A DNA stretch of 64,000 nt from contig JBGTHM010000081.1 in assembly GCA_041746255.1 (NCBI GenBank), forward strand, positions 1 to 64,000, read 5' to 3'. A program made the position numbers and the translations under genes. This stretch comes from Fibrobacteria bacterium. GTDB lineage: Bacteria > Fibrobacterota > Fibrobacteria > UBA11236. The notes beneath the pieces are model-generated. The model was given only the letters and a program-made list of their open reading frames with translations, searched no databases and had not been told where the DNA came from. Shown here piece after piece: positions 19,514 through 28,547 of this stretch. Within the stretch, counting starts at the first letter, position 1; the number at the start of each line of letters is the position of its first letter.

Positions 19514-21031
19514 CTACGAACGCTTTTGCATGGCCCCAGCCAGGCCCCGAGCCACCTGCACCAGGGTTTTGACGCCCCAGCCCGTTGCGCCGGGCTTGTA
19601 GTATTTCCAATTGGCGGTAGTGAATGCGGTTCCCGCGATATCCCAATGGGCCCATTGGGTTTTTTCGGGCACGAATTCCTGAAGAAATAAGGCCGCCGTA
19701 ATGGCGCCGGCTTCCGCTTTGCCGATGTTCTTCATGTCGGCGACCGGATCGTCAAGGTGCTCGCGGTACTCCGCTTCGAGGGGCAGCTCGCAGAATTTTT
19801 CGCTTTCGGCGGCGGCGGATTCCCGGATGCATTGCGCGAATCCGGAATCATTGCAGAACAGGCCGGCCATGGCCGGTCCCAATGCGCGTACGATGGCGCC
19901 GGTCAAGGTGGCCATGTCGATGATATGCGTGGCCTTAAGCGCTCCGGCCTCGGCAAGGCCATCGGTCAAGATTAGTCGGCCTTCGGCATCGGTATTATCG
20001 ACCATGATGCTCTTACCGTTTTTGGCCGTAAAGATATCACCGGGAAGCACGGCATGGTTGCCGGGACGGTTTTCCGCAAAGCATAATACGGCCGAAACTT
20101 TTAGGGGTAATTTCAGGGCGGCGATGGCGCATAAGGCGGTCAGGGCGGTGGCGGCTCCGGCCATATCGCTTTTCATTTCCCACATGCCGTTGCTGGGTTT
20201 GATGCTGATGCCGCCCGTATCGAAGGTTACGCCTTTTCCCACCAAACAAAGATGCAGGTCGGTGGGCGCCCCGGAACCGGGCGGGGGCTCATAGGCCAGA
20301 GTCACCATACGCGGGGGAATATCCGACCCCTTGCCGACCGTCCACAATCCCGTGAACCCTTCGGCCAGAAGCGCTTTCTCATCGCGAACATGGACTTGAA
20401 GGCCGAAATCACGACCCAATTGCGAAGCTTTTTCTGAGAAGGTGAGCGGGTTGAGTTCCGATCCGGTTTCATTGACCAAATCACGGCATTGACCGACAGC
20501 CGACATGACTTTATCCGCTTCTTGCATTTGGATGGCTAGAGGTTCTATGGCGGAATCGCTGGCGATAAAGGCGATTTCAATTTTCTTGTTCTGGCTTTTC
20601 TCTCCGGTTTTATAGCGATTGAAGCGGTAATACCCCAGGTGAAGACCTTCGATCAAGGCTCGCGCATCCTCCGGCACCGCCGCCTGTACCAGGATATGCA
20701 AGGAATCCAGGGAATGGGTTTTGGCGGTTTCCAGAATTTGTGCGCCGGCTAGACGAATGCGGTCATGCCGGTCCAGCCCGGCTTTAGTGGGAACCTGCGC
20801 TACGAGAACCACCCCTTCGTTTCGATGCAGCGCCGTGAGGGACTCGTTCAGGGTTTTCTTATGCTGTCGCCCCAAAATTTTTCGGACCACTGCCATGCTA
20901 AAACCGGACTGCCGCTCAGTGGGCGGCTCCCCCCAAAGCGTTTCGCCTTCTGCCAGAAGAACCAGGTTGCTTATGGGGTTCCAGTCGCAGGTTTTTTCCG
21001 ATTCCAGTCTGGTTTGCAGGTGTTGACTCAT
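19514..21031 (-). CDS. pepA: Leucyl aminopeptidase (M17 family)
   Basis: VGKGVTFDTGG, MKSDMAGAA, NTDAEGRL, ATLTGA and WAHWDIAGT. Confidence 0.92.
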   Translation of the reverse strand: MSQHLQTRLESEKTCDWNPISNLVLLAEGETLWGEPPTERQSGFSMAVVRKILGRQHKKTLNESLTALHRNEGVVLVAQVPTKAGLDRHDRIRLAGAQILETAKTHSLDSLHILVQAAVPEDARALIEGLHLGYYRFNRYKTGEKSQNKKIEIAFIASDSAIEPLAIQMQEADKVMSAVGQCRDLVNETGSELNPLTFSEKASQLGRDFGLQVHVRDEKALLAEGFTGLWTVGKGSDIPPRMVTLAYEPPPGSGAPTDLHLCLVGKGVTFDTGGISIKPSNGMWEMKSDMAGAATALTALCAIAALKLPLKVSAVLCFAENRPGNHAVLPGDIFTAKNGKSIMVDNTDAEGRLILTDGLAEAGALKATHIIDMATLTGAIVRALGPAMAGLFCNDSGFAQCIRESAAAESEKFCELPLEAEYREHLDDPVADMKNIGKAEAGAITAALFLQEFVPEKTQWAHWDIAGTAFTTANWKYYKPGATGWGVKTLVQVARGLAGAMQKRS

Positions 21032-21240
21032 GCTTATTCCGATTCTTTGAGGTTAGGCTTAATTATGCCATTGTAATACGCTTGCGAGACCACTTCTACC
21101 TGGATATAACCGTCATTTTATGCGAATTACCGCCCTATTACCGGAAAGTACAAGTTTTGCGACTTGGATTGTAATTGTTGGTTTGTTTTTTGCTGATTTG
21201 TAAAAAAAGGATAAGTTCGACCACGATAAATTATCATATA

Positions 21241-21295
21241 TTGACATAATTTTACAATATTGGGTAAGTGGAAATTATTTGTCAATTTATGTGAA
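21241..21295. promoter_or_regulatory. AT-rich divergent control region with an imperfect 17-bp inverted repeat containing two facing TTGACA hexamers
   Basis: TTGACATAATTTTACAA (21241-21257) and TTGTCAATTTATGTGAA (21279-21295) are reverse complements at 14 of 17 positions. The repeat lies between divergent pepA and the NifA-like gene. Confidence 0.4.
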
Positions 21296-21304
21296 AGGTT
21301 AGGT

Positions 21305-22897
21305 ATGAAAGACTCCATGGTTCATCAGGCTAGAACCCTGGCGGCCATAACCGAAATCAGTAAACTCTTCAGTTCCTCCCTGGACTACCGGGAAGTCGCG
21401 CATCGATGCCTGATGACGTTGTCCCAGAATCTGGATTTGGAGCGAGGCACTTTATTGATGCCCACTTCGGACAGAATGTTTCTGGTCATCAAGGCGAGCG
21501 TTGGATTCAGTCCGGAAGAAATCCGCGAATCGGTTTACCGTCGGGGAGAGGATTTCGTCGGGAAGGTTTTCAGCATGGGTTTGCCCATGGCTTTGCCCGA
21601 TACGGAAAGCGTCGCGGGTGTGCCCACTCCCCGCGAGGGCGCGGAGGATTTCAATCTCTATCGCATCGGCTTCATCGCCGTACCCGTGGTACTGGACGGC
21701 CGCCCTATCGGCGTTTTGACCGCGCACCGGACCACCCGCTCCAGCACCATGGTGGACGAAGATATTCAAGTGATGAAAATCGTGGCTTCGCTATTGTCGC
21801 AAACATTACGTATCGCGGAAATGATACGGGAGGAGAATTCCAAGCTGGTTCAGGAAAACAAGGAATTGCATGCAGAGTTGGAGGATCGCTTCCATGCGGA
21901 CAACTTAATCAGCAATTCCTCATCGATGGCCAAGACCCTGGCGATGGTCAAGCGGGTGGCGGGAACCGATGCCTCCGTACTTCTGCGAGGTGAGAGCGGC
22001 ACGGGAAAGACCTTGTTGGCGAGGTCCATCCATTACACCAGCCACCGCAAAAAAAATCCTTTCGTTATCGTGAACTGTGCGGCCCTGCCCAGCAGTCTTA
22101 TCGAAAGCGAACTGTTCGGACATGAAAAGGGAGCCTTCACCGGCGCCATTTCCCAGCGCATCGGCCGGTTCGAAGCCGCCGACGCGGGCAGTATTTTCCT
22201 GGATGAAATCGGGGAGATACCGCCGGAGACCCAGGCCAAGATGTTGCGGGTCATCCAGGATGGAACCTTCGAAAGGGTCGGGTCGACCAAGACACTCAAA
22301 GTAGATGTGAGGCTAATCTGCGCCACCAACGCCATCTTGGAGCAATTGGTCAAGGAGAAGTTATTCCGGGAAGACTTGTACTACCGCTTGATGGTGGTTC
22401 CCATCAACGTGCCGCCCTTGCGCAGCCGGCGCGAAGACATACTTCCCCTGGCCTCTTACTTTCTCAAGAAGTTCACCAGCAAATACAGCAAGCGGATATC
22501 CATCAGCCGCGAAGTCATGGATTTCCTGGAAAGCTATCCCTGGCCGGGCAATGTGCGGGAATTGGAAAACACCATTGAGCGCACCGTGGTATTGGCGGGT
22601 TCGGAAGCCTTGTCGGCCAAAGACATTCCCATTTTCAATTCGATGGTGGAGATGCCGGAAGCGGCTCCGCCCTCGCTCCCCACCAACGAAGTGGTCACCT
22701 TTTCTCCAGTGGATAAAAGAGCGCGGGAACGCCAGCCCTACGAGCGCGTGCCCTTGCGTGAAAAAGATATCCGCGAGGCCATGCATAACGCCGGCGGCAT
22801 CCAAACGCATGCCGCGAGGCATTTGGGGGTTTCTCTACGTCAATTACGTTACGCATTGCACCGTCACGGAATCGATGCGGGAGAATTCAAATATTGA
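21305..22897 (+). CDS. NifA-like sigma-54 enhancer-binding protein (GAF, AAA+, HTH)
   Basis: N-terminal GAF, then GESGTGKT, ESELFGHEKGAFTGA, FLDEIGE, FREDLYYRL and WPGNVRELEN, with a C-terminal Fis-type HTH (AARHLGVSLRQLRY). Start placed at ATG 21305. Confidence 0.9.
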   Translation: MKDSMVHQARTLAAITEISKLFSSSLDYREVAHRCLMTLSQNLDLERGTLLMPTSDRMFLVIKASVGFSPEEIRESVYRRGEDFVGKVFSMGLPMALPDTESVAGVPTPREGAEDFNLYRIGFIAVPVVLDGRPIGVLTAHRTTRSSTMVDEDIQVMKIVASLLSQTLRIAEMIREENSKLVQENKELHAELEDRFHADNLISNSSSMAKTLAMVKRVAGTDASVLLRGESGTGKTLLARSIHYTSHRKKNPFVIVNCAALPSSLIESELFGHEKGAFTGAISQRIGRFEAADAGSIFLDEIGEIPPETQAKMLRVIQDGTFERVGSTKTLKVDVRLICATNAILEQLVKEKLFREDLYYRLMVVPINVPPLRSRREDILPLASYFLKKFTSKYSKRISISREVMDFLESYPWPGNVRELENTIERTVVLAGSEALSAKDIPIFNSMVEMPEAAPPSLPTNEVVTFSPVDKRARERQPYERVPLREKDIREAMHNAGGIQTHAARHLGVSLRQLRYALHRHGIDAGEFKY

Positions 22898-23982
22898 GAT
22901 CGTGTCCCGTATCCGCTACGGCGGCCGATTCCAATGAAGAAGCTTTCGTAATACCGGAAAGAGATTTCCGAGATGAGAAACAATACCGCCAGGGATAAAA
23001 ATGTCGCCAGTACCGATGATAGTCCCGTCAAGGTGGGACCGCTTTGGAAAAAAAGATGGTGGACCAAGCCGTTGACCGGCTGGTGAAACAGAAAGATTCC
23101 GTAGGACCTCATTCCAAACCAGATTAAAACCTTGTTTCCCAAAAAGGCGCTGATAAGACCATCCGGTTTGACAAAGGGGATCAGCAAAAAGCAGACGTAA
23201 AGCAGGCTGAAAAGAAAATGATGCGGCGCCCCGCCCAAGTCATTATTCCATCCGGTCAGAACAATGGCGCCCGCAAGCAAAAGGAAAAACAGTTTTTGCA
23301 CGGCATCCCGATGTTTCTTAAGCAAGGGAAGCGTAGCCTCATCGCGGAGCAGGATCGCTAAAGTCCCTCCCGCGAGAATGGAGTCGCATCGGCTAAAGGC
23401 AAATACATAGGCGCCTAGGCCGTCAATTACGATCCGAAGGACCGGGGCCATAAAGATGGTCGCAAGAAAGAGTCGCAACAGAACCCGTGTCGACAGGTAC
23501 CGGACGAGAACCGGGATAAGCAAGTAGAATTGTTCCTCGATGGCGAGCGACCAGGTGATACCCAGCCAATGCGCGCCAAAACCCTGCCGGTGCATGAAAA
23601 AGTTCTGGGTGAAAGTCAGGTAACTTAAAAGAGGCATGGGCTTTGCGAACAGCCACTCACTCTCGAAGGTATTCAATTTGGTCAGGACCAGGAAGGTAAA
23701 GACCATCAAATAGTACAAGGGGAAAATTCTGCAGGCCCGCCGTAAATAGAATACCCTGAAATAGTGGGTTGAACCTTTCGCTTCCAGAAGTATTCCGACA
23801 ATCAGGAATCCCGAAAGCACGAAAAAAAGATCGACGCCGCTCCAGGTGAAATTCAACAGCCATGCGAATCGGGCGAAGATGGAATCCGGCGAGAATCGTG
23901 CCGCACAGGCGAGATAATGCCAGATAAGGACCAGGATTATCGCGATGCCGCGCATCCCATCCAATTCGAGTTTTCTTTTCAT
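22864..23982 (-). CDS. Acyltransferase-3 family (OafA/YrhL-like) membrane O-acyltransferase
   Basis: LDGMRGIA....H, GVDLFFVLSGFLI, FYLRR..RIFPLY, WSLAIEEQFY and SYGIFLFH. Its 3' end overlaps the convergent NifA-like gene by 34 nt. Confidence 0.9.
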   Translation of the reverse strand: MKRKLELDGMRGIAIILVLIWHYLACAARFSPDSIFARFAWLLNFTWSGVDLFFVLSGFLIVGILLEAKGSTHYFRVFYLRRACRIFPLYYLMVFTFLVLTKLNTFESEWLFAKPMPLLSYLTFTQNFFMHRQGFGAHWLGITWSLAIEEQFYLLIPVLVRYLSTRVLLRLFLATIFMAPVLRIVIDGLGAYVFAFSRCDSILAGGTLAILLRDEATLPLLKKHRDAVQKLFFLLLAGAIVLTGWNNDLGGAPHHFLFSLLYVCFLLIPFVKPDGLISAFLGNKVLIWFGMRSYGIFLFHQPVNGLVHHLFFQSGPTLTGLSSVLATFLSLAVLFLISEISFRYYESFFIGIGRRSGYGTRSQYLNSPASIP

Positions 23983-24061
23983 GGGATTAATGCCCGCTAG
24001 CAACCATCTTACCGAGATTACCGCTATTCTACCATTTCCATACCCCCTGCTTCTGCCTTTG

Positions 24062-24077
24062 TGGCAAAAAACCTGCG
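24062..24077 (+). promoter_or_regulatory. Candidate sigma-54 -24/-12 promoter upstream of the cbb3 cluster
   Basis: TGGCAAAAAACCTGCG has GG (24063-64), N10 and GC (24075-76) at the correct spacing, about 90 nt before the first gene of the cluster. Confidence 0.35.
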
Positions 24078-24116
24078 CATTCTGGCACATCTAAACAGAG
24101 GGCAAAGCGATACGCA

Positions 24117-24136
24117 GATGCTAATCTATTGGCATC
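24117..24136. promoter_or_regulatory. Palindromic candidate operator
   Basis: GATGCTAA-TCTA-TTGGCATC, with a 7/8 inverted match, just upstream of the cbb3 cluster. Confidence 0.3.
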
Positions 24137-24166
24137 CGAGAAAAGTTTATGCACCGCCTACACGAT

Positions 24167-24868
24167 ATGAATCCCATTGTGAACCTTTCCGTCCTCTTCC
24201 CGGCGGATTGGACTTTGGTTTGGTGGGCGCTCCCATTGGCGGTAGGGTTGGCGAGTAGTTTCACTCATTGCGCCGGCATGTGCGGTCCCTTGCATCTTTT
24301 CCTCTCCACGCGTTCGAACGGGAAACTTTCCATGGCCCGCTACCACATGGGTAGGCTTTCGGGATATTTCCTCCTGGGCGCCGCGGCCGGCTCGGCAGGG
24401 TTTGCCGTGGCCTCCGTGGAAAGCATCTGGCACGATGCGCGCTTCTCCTATGCGGTCGCCGCGATTTACCTGGTCTTCGGAGTGCTCATGTTGACGGGGG
24501 GCAACCGGATGGAAAAAATATTGGGACATCTCTTTCCGCATCGGCTTTTCCACCGTCTGACTGTGGATTCAGATCGTAGCAAATGGCTTTTCGGTGGTGG
24601 TTTACTGGCAAGTCTCCTTCCCTGTCCCACTACCTTGATGGTTTTACTGTGGAGCTTGGGGCTGCAAAATCCGTTGGCCGCGGGAGTCTCCATGTTGTTG
24701 CTCGGCGTGGGAACGCTCCCCGTATTCGCGATTTTGTCGCATGGCGGAGCGCGGCGGAGGCTGGTAGCGACTCCCTACCTCCAAATGGGATTGGGAGTGA
24801 TTTTACTCGGCTTGGGCGGATTGCGTTTGTTCACTTCGGCCGCGGCCGGCAGTGCTGCCTGTCATTGA
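24167..24868 (+). CDS. DsbD_2 / TauE-SafE-like cbb3 assembly membrane protein
   Basis: HCAGMCGP, YH.GR..GY, LLPC and GTLP motifs; first gene of the cco cluster. Alternative start at 24149. Confidence 0.8.
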   Translation: MNPIVNLSVLFPADWTLVWWALPLAVGLASSFTHCAGMCGPLHLFLSTRSNGKLSMARYHMGRLSGYFLLGAAAGSAGFAVASVESIWHDARFSYAVAAIYLVFGVLMLTGGNRMEKILGHLFPHRLFHRLTVDSDRSKWLFGGGLLASLLPCPTTLMVLLWSLGLQNPLAAGVSMLLLGVGTLPVFAILSHGGARRRLVATPYLQMGLGVILLGLGGLRLFTSAAAGSAACH

Positions 24869-24884
24869 GTACGGAGGAATGGAT

Positions 24885-25403
24885 ATGAGTGGAACAACGA
24901 ACAAATCAGAATGGCTGTTTCTCATGGGGCTTATCCTGGTGGGCACACCTTTTTTCGTTTATCTGGGAGCCTCGCATGGCTATCAAACGGCCGCAAAGCT
25001 TTATGGTGGTTTACAGGCCCCATCCGCAGTGGAGGAGGAAAATCACCAAGGGGTATCCGATGCGCCGGAACCGTTTACGGCGGACAACGTGGCGCAGGGG
25101 CAGTCCCTCTATATGCAATATTGTGTAGCCTGTCATGGCGCTCAAGGGGATGGACGCGGTCCGGCGGCGTCCGCAATGGTTCCGCCCCCCCGTGACTTCA
25201 CGAACGTTAAGGTAAGCTGGACACTCGGCAGCGAACCCGAAAATATTTTCCAGTCCATTTCGCAGGGAACGCCGGGAACCGCGATGATGGGTTTCGCGGG
25301 CGCCTTAAGCGTGTCGCAGCGATGGCAACTGGTCCGCTACCTGCAAGCGGTGCGCGGAGAAAATCCTGGTGGAGAAAAAATCCATCCCGAAACGGGGAAG
25401 TGA
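24885..25403 (+). CDS. Membrane-anchored monoheme cytochrome c
   Basis: N-terminal TM, CVACHG, P.PRDFT and GTAM (Met ligand). RBS GGAGGA at 24873-24878. Confidence 0.85.
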   Translation: MSGTTNKSEWLFLMGLILVGTPFFVYLGASHGYQTAAKLYGGLQAPSAVEEENHQGVSDAPEPFTADNVAQGQSLYMQYCVACHGAQGDGRGPAASAMVPPPRDFTNVKVSWTLGSEPENIFQSISQGTPGTAMMGFAGALSVSQRWQLVRYLQAVRGENPGGEKIHPETGK

Positions 25404-25406
25404 AAG

Positions 25407-25619
25407 ATGTCGGTCATCCTTTTTCTGATTCCCATTTCGCTTTCGCTCTCGGTGCTTTTCGTCGTCCTTTGTTTGCGGTCTATACGCGCCGGTCAGTTCG
25501 ACGATCTCGAAAGTCCCCGCTGGCGCATGTTGTTCGATTCGGAGGAGCCTCCGATAGCGGCTCCCCTCAAGAAGACCGGGCCTCGTCCGGCGCTGATAAA
25601 GGAAATCTCCCATGACTGA
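25407..25619 (+). CDS. ccoS: cbb3 oxidase assembly protein CcoS/FixS
   Basis: MSVILFLIPISL...GQFDDLESP. Confidence 0.9.
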   Translation: MSVILFLIPISLSLSVLFVVLCLRSIRAGQFDDLESPRWRMLFDSEEPPIAAPLKKTGPRPALIKEISHD

Positions 25620-27750
25620 AGTTCGCTACAACGACCGCCTTACGAGAATGTTCCTGATGGCCACCCTCTTCTGGGCCTTTATCGGCATGGCGGCGGGATT
25701 ATTGTTGGCCTTGCAATTGGCCGATGTGCGGTTCAACCTCGGGCTGAAGGAGTTTACCTTCGGGCGGCTCCGGCCTTTCCATACCAATGGCGTGATTTTC
25801 GCATTCAGCGCCAACGCGATTTTTTGCGGTGTCTATTACTCCTTGCAACGCCTATTGAAAGCGCGGTTGTTCAGTGATTTGCTGGGGCAAATCCACTTTT
25901 GGGGCTGGCAGCTCGTGGTTCTCCTGGGCGGCGTCGGCTTCCTGAACGGAATCACCGTCGGCAAGGAATACGCGGAGTACGAATGGTCCGTCGACATTCT
26001 CATGACCTTGATTTGGGTGGCCTTCGCCGTGAATTTTTTCGGCACGCTTTTCAAGCGGCGGGAGAAGCATATCTACGTGGCGATTTGGTTTTATATCGCC
26101 ACCGTGGTCACCATCGCCGTTTTGCATATCGTCAATTCCCTGGCCATGCCCGTCTCCCTGACCAAGAGTTACCCCTTGTATGCGGGCGTACAGGACGCTT
26201 TGGTGCAATGGTGGTATGGACATAATGCCGTGGGATTCCTTTTGACCACCCCTTTTCTGGGGCTCATGTATTATTTCCTGCCCAAGGCGGCGGGTCGCCC
26301 CATTTATTCGTATCGGCTTTCCATCCTGCACTTCTGGTCCCTGGTTTTCCTCTACATCTGGGCCGGACCCCATCATCTGCATTACACCGCTCTTCCGGAT
26401 TGGGCCCAGTCGCTGGGGATGGTTTTTTCCGTGATGTTGTTGGCGCCATCGTGGGGCGGTATGGTCAACGGATTTCTCACCTTGAGAGGCGCCTGGCATA
26501 AATTGCGAACCGATCCCGTTATAAAGTTTTATGTTACGGCGATTACATTCTATGGAATGGCGGTTTTCGAGGGATCGCTTATGTCCATCAAGTCGGTCAA
26601 TATGCTGTCGCATTATACCGATTGGACCGTTGGACATGTGCACTCGGGCGCCCTGGGTTGGGTGGGTTTTCTGGTTTTCGGAATGATTTACTGGTTGGTT
26701 CCCCGGCTTTGGAAAATGCCTCTCCATAGCCAATCCCTGGCCGCGGCCCATTTCTGGGTGGCGCTGGTAGGCATCCTGGTATATGTACTCTCCATGTGGG
26801 TTGCCGGCGTCACCCAGGGTTTGCAATGGAAAGAATTCACCGCCGATGGCGTGCTCGCCTATCCGAACTTCATGGATACGGTAACCAATCTGATACCCCT
26901 CTATTGGGCCCGCGCGTTAGGGGGTGGCCTATACCTTACGGGCCTGGTGCTCATGATTTACAACATCTACCGTACGGTTCGTTCCGCTCCCCGGCCCTCG
27001 GATGAAACCGTGTTGGTGGCGGAAGCCTACAAAGCGCCGGAGTCGAAGCATTGGCATGCGGTGCTGGAAGGCAAGCCGATGGTCATGGCTCTTTGCGCGG
27101 GAGGGGTAATCGCTATCGGTGGGTTGGCCGAACTGGTTCCCACCTTTTTGATTGAAAGCAATGTTCCGACGCTTTCGGCGGTAAAACCTTATACTCCGCT
27201 GGAATTGGAAGGCCGGGATCTCTATGTACGCGAAGGCTGCTTTAATTGCCATACCCAGATGATCCGCCCTTTCCGTGACGAGGTGGCCCGCTATGGAGAG
27301 TATTCCAAAGCCGGAGAATTCGTCTATGACAGGCCCCATCAATGGGGATCGAAACGTACCGGTCCGGATTTGCATCGCCTCGGTGGAAAGTACAACCACC
27401 TTTGGCATTTACGCCATATGGAAGATCCCCAGACGATATCCCCCGGTTCCATTATGCCGCCTTATCCGTTCCTGTTGGAAAATGAACTCGATTTGTCGCT
27501 CGTTGGGCGTAAGATGAAGGCCATGGCCCGCTTGGGTGTTCCTTATAGCGAAAGTGAAATCAACCGGGCGGAAGAAGCCGCGTTGGAACAGGCTAGGGCC
27601 ATGGGCGCGGAATTGGAAAAACAGGGTGCGGCAGGCTATGCCGGAAAAGAAATAATCGCCCTAATCGCTTATTTACAGCGGCTGGGAAAGGATATTTCCA
27701 CGGTTCCCACAATTGCGCCGTCCACCGTCGCGGGGAGTATGCAACCATGA
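25612..27750 (+). CDS. ccoNO: cbb3-type cytochrome c oxidase fused subunits I/II (CcoN-CcoO)
   Basis: FGRLRP.HTN, QWWYGHNAV, WAGPHHLHY and GHVHSGALGW from CcoN, followed in frame by EGCFNCHTQMIRP, WGSKRTGPDL and SIMPPY from CcoO. Confidence 0.95.
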   Translation: MTEVRYNDRLTRMFLMATLFWAFIGMAAGLLLALQLADVRFNLGLKEFTFGRLRPFHTNGVIFAFSANAIFCGVYYSLQRLLKARLFSDLLGQIHFWGWQLVVLLGGVGFLNGITVGKEYAEYEWSVDILMTLIWVAFAVNFFGTLFKRREKHIYVAIWFYIATVVTIAVLHIVNSLAMPVSLTKSYPLYAGVQDALVQWWYGHNAVGFLLTTPFLGLMYYFLPKAAGRPIYSYRLSILHFWSLVFLYIWAGPHHLHYTALPDWAQSLGMVFSVMLLAPSWGGMVNGFLTLRGAWHKLRTDPVIKFYVTAITFYGMAVFEGSLMSIKSVNMLSHYTDWTVGHVHSGALGWVGFLVFGMIYWLVPRLWKMPLHSQSLAAAHFWVALVGILVYVLSMWVAGVTQGLQWKEFTADGVLAYPNFMDTVTNLIPLYWARALGGGLYLTGLVLMIYNIYRTVRSAPRPSDETVLVAEAYKAPESKHWHAVLEGKPMVMALCAGGVIAIGGLAELVPTFLIESNVPTLSAVKPYTPLELEGRDLYVREGCFNCHTQMIRPFRDEVARYGEYSKAGEFVYDRPHQWGSKRTGPDLHRLGGKYNHLWHLRHMEDPQTISPGSIMPPYPFLLENELDLSLVGRKMKAMARLGVPYSESEINRAEEAALEQARAMGAELEKQGAAGYAGKEIIALIAYLQRLGKDISTVPTIAPSTVAGSMQP

Positions 27751-27947
27751 TCCGGAATATTTTGGAAGCTTCGGGGCTCACCTTTTGGCCCGTATTCGCA
27801 ATCCTTGTGTTTAGCGTATTTCTGGTATCGCTGGCGTTGTGGTTATTGCGCTCAGGGGGAACGGAGTTCTACGCCCGCATGGGGAGGATGGTTTTGGATG
27901 AAGACATTCCGGGCGGTAACCGGGAACCGGTAGGAGATGTGCCATGA
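27747..27947 (+). CDS. ccoQ: cbb3 oxidase small subunit CcoQ-like
   Basis: 66 aa single-TM ORF coupled to both neighbours by 4-nt overlaps, between ccoNO and ccoP. Confidence 0.7.
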   Translation: MIRNILEASGLTFWPVFAILVFSVFLVSLALWLLRSGGTEFYARMGRMVLDEDIPGGNREPVGDVP

Positions 27948-28543
27948 AGGATACGCTGCGGGAAGGCCACGATTACGACGGCATAGAAGAATTCGACAAC
28001 CCGTCTCCGAAATGGTTGTTGTATCTGTTTTATGCGAGTATTGTTTTCGCTTTTTGGTACATGGGTTATTATACGGCCAAGGGATACGCATTGGCGCAGG
28101 TCGAAGGGGAAGGCCAGGCGCTCAGTTGGAGCCGGGCGCATTATTTGCAATCGGAGCGCGTCTCAGCGACAAGATTTTCGTCCCTGAAAAAGCCGGAACT
28201 GTCACCGGATGAATTGCGCGCACATCTAAAAAAGCCCGCCGTTATTGCGCATGGCGAGAATGTGTATAAAAGCAATTGCGCCAGTTGCCATGGTGATCAA
28301 GGGCAGGGTCTGGTGGGACCGAATCTGGTGGATGATCATTGGTTGACAGGTGGCCGTCCCGAAGACATTGTGCAGGTGATTTCCACAGGACTGCCCGAAA
28401 AGGGTATGCCCGGTTGGCTTCCCATACTGGGGCAAGACCGGGTCCAGGCCGCCACCGCTTATATCCTAAGCATACGGGGCCGGAAGGTGCCGGGCGCCAA
28501 AGAACCGCAAGGCGAAAAAACTTCGGTACCAGAGGGATGGTAG
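27944..28543 (+). CDS. ccoP: cbb3 oxidase subunit III (monoheme CcoP)
   Basis: GHDYDGIEEFDNP.P.W (FixP N-terminus), a single CASCHG, GPNL.D..W..GG and KGMP.W. Confidence 0.9.
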   Translation: MKDTLREGHDYDGIEEFDNPSPKWLLYLFYASIVFAFWYMGYYTAKGYALAQVEGEGQALSWSRAHYLQSERVSATRFSSLKKPELSPDELRAHLKKPAVIAHGENVYKSNCASCHGDQGQGLVGPNLVDDHWLTGGRPEDIVQVISTGLPEKGMPGWLPILGQDRVQAATAYILSIRGRKVPGAKEPQGEKTSVPEGW

Positions 28544-28547
28544 GGGA

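Noticed and set aside
21305..22897. Calling the activator nifA and inferring nitrogen fixation
   Set aside because: No nif genes are in the window, and the GAF-AAA-HTH architecture is shared by many activators.
25852..26826. 324 aa antisense ORF in ccoN (similarly 31267-32193 in ccoI and 43913-44770 in the TPR lipoprotein)
   Set aside because: These fully overlap confident genes on the opposite strand, which is expected in GC-rich DNA.
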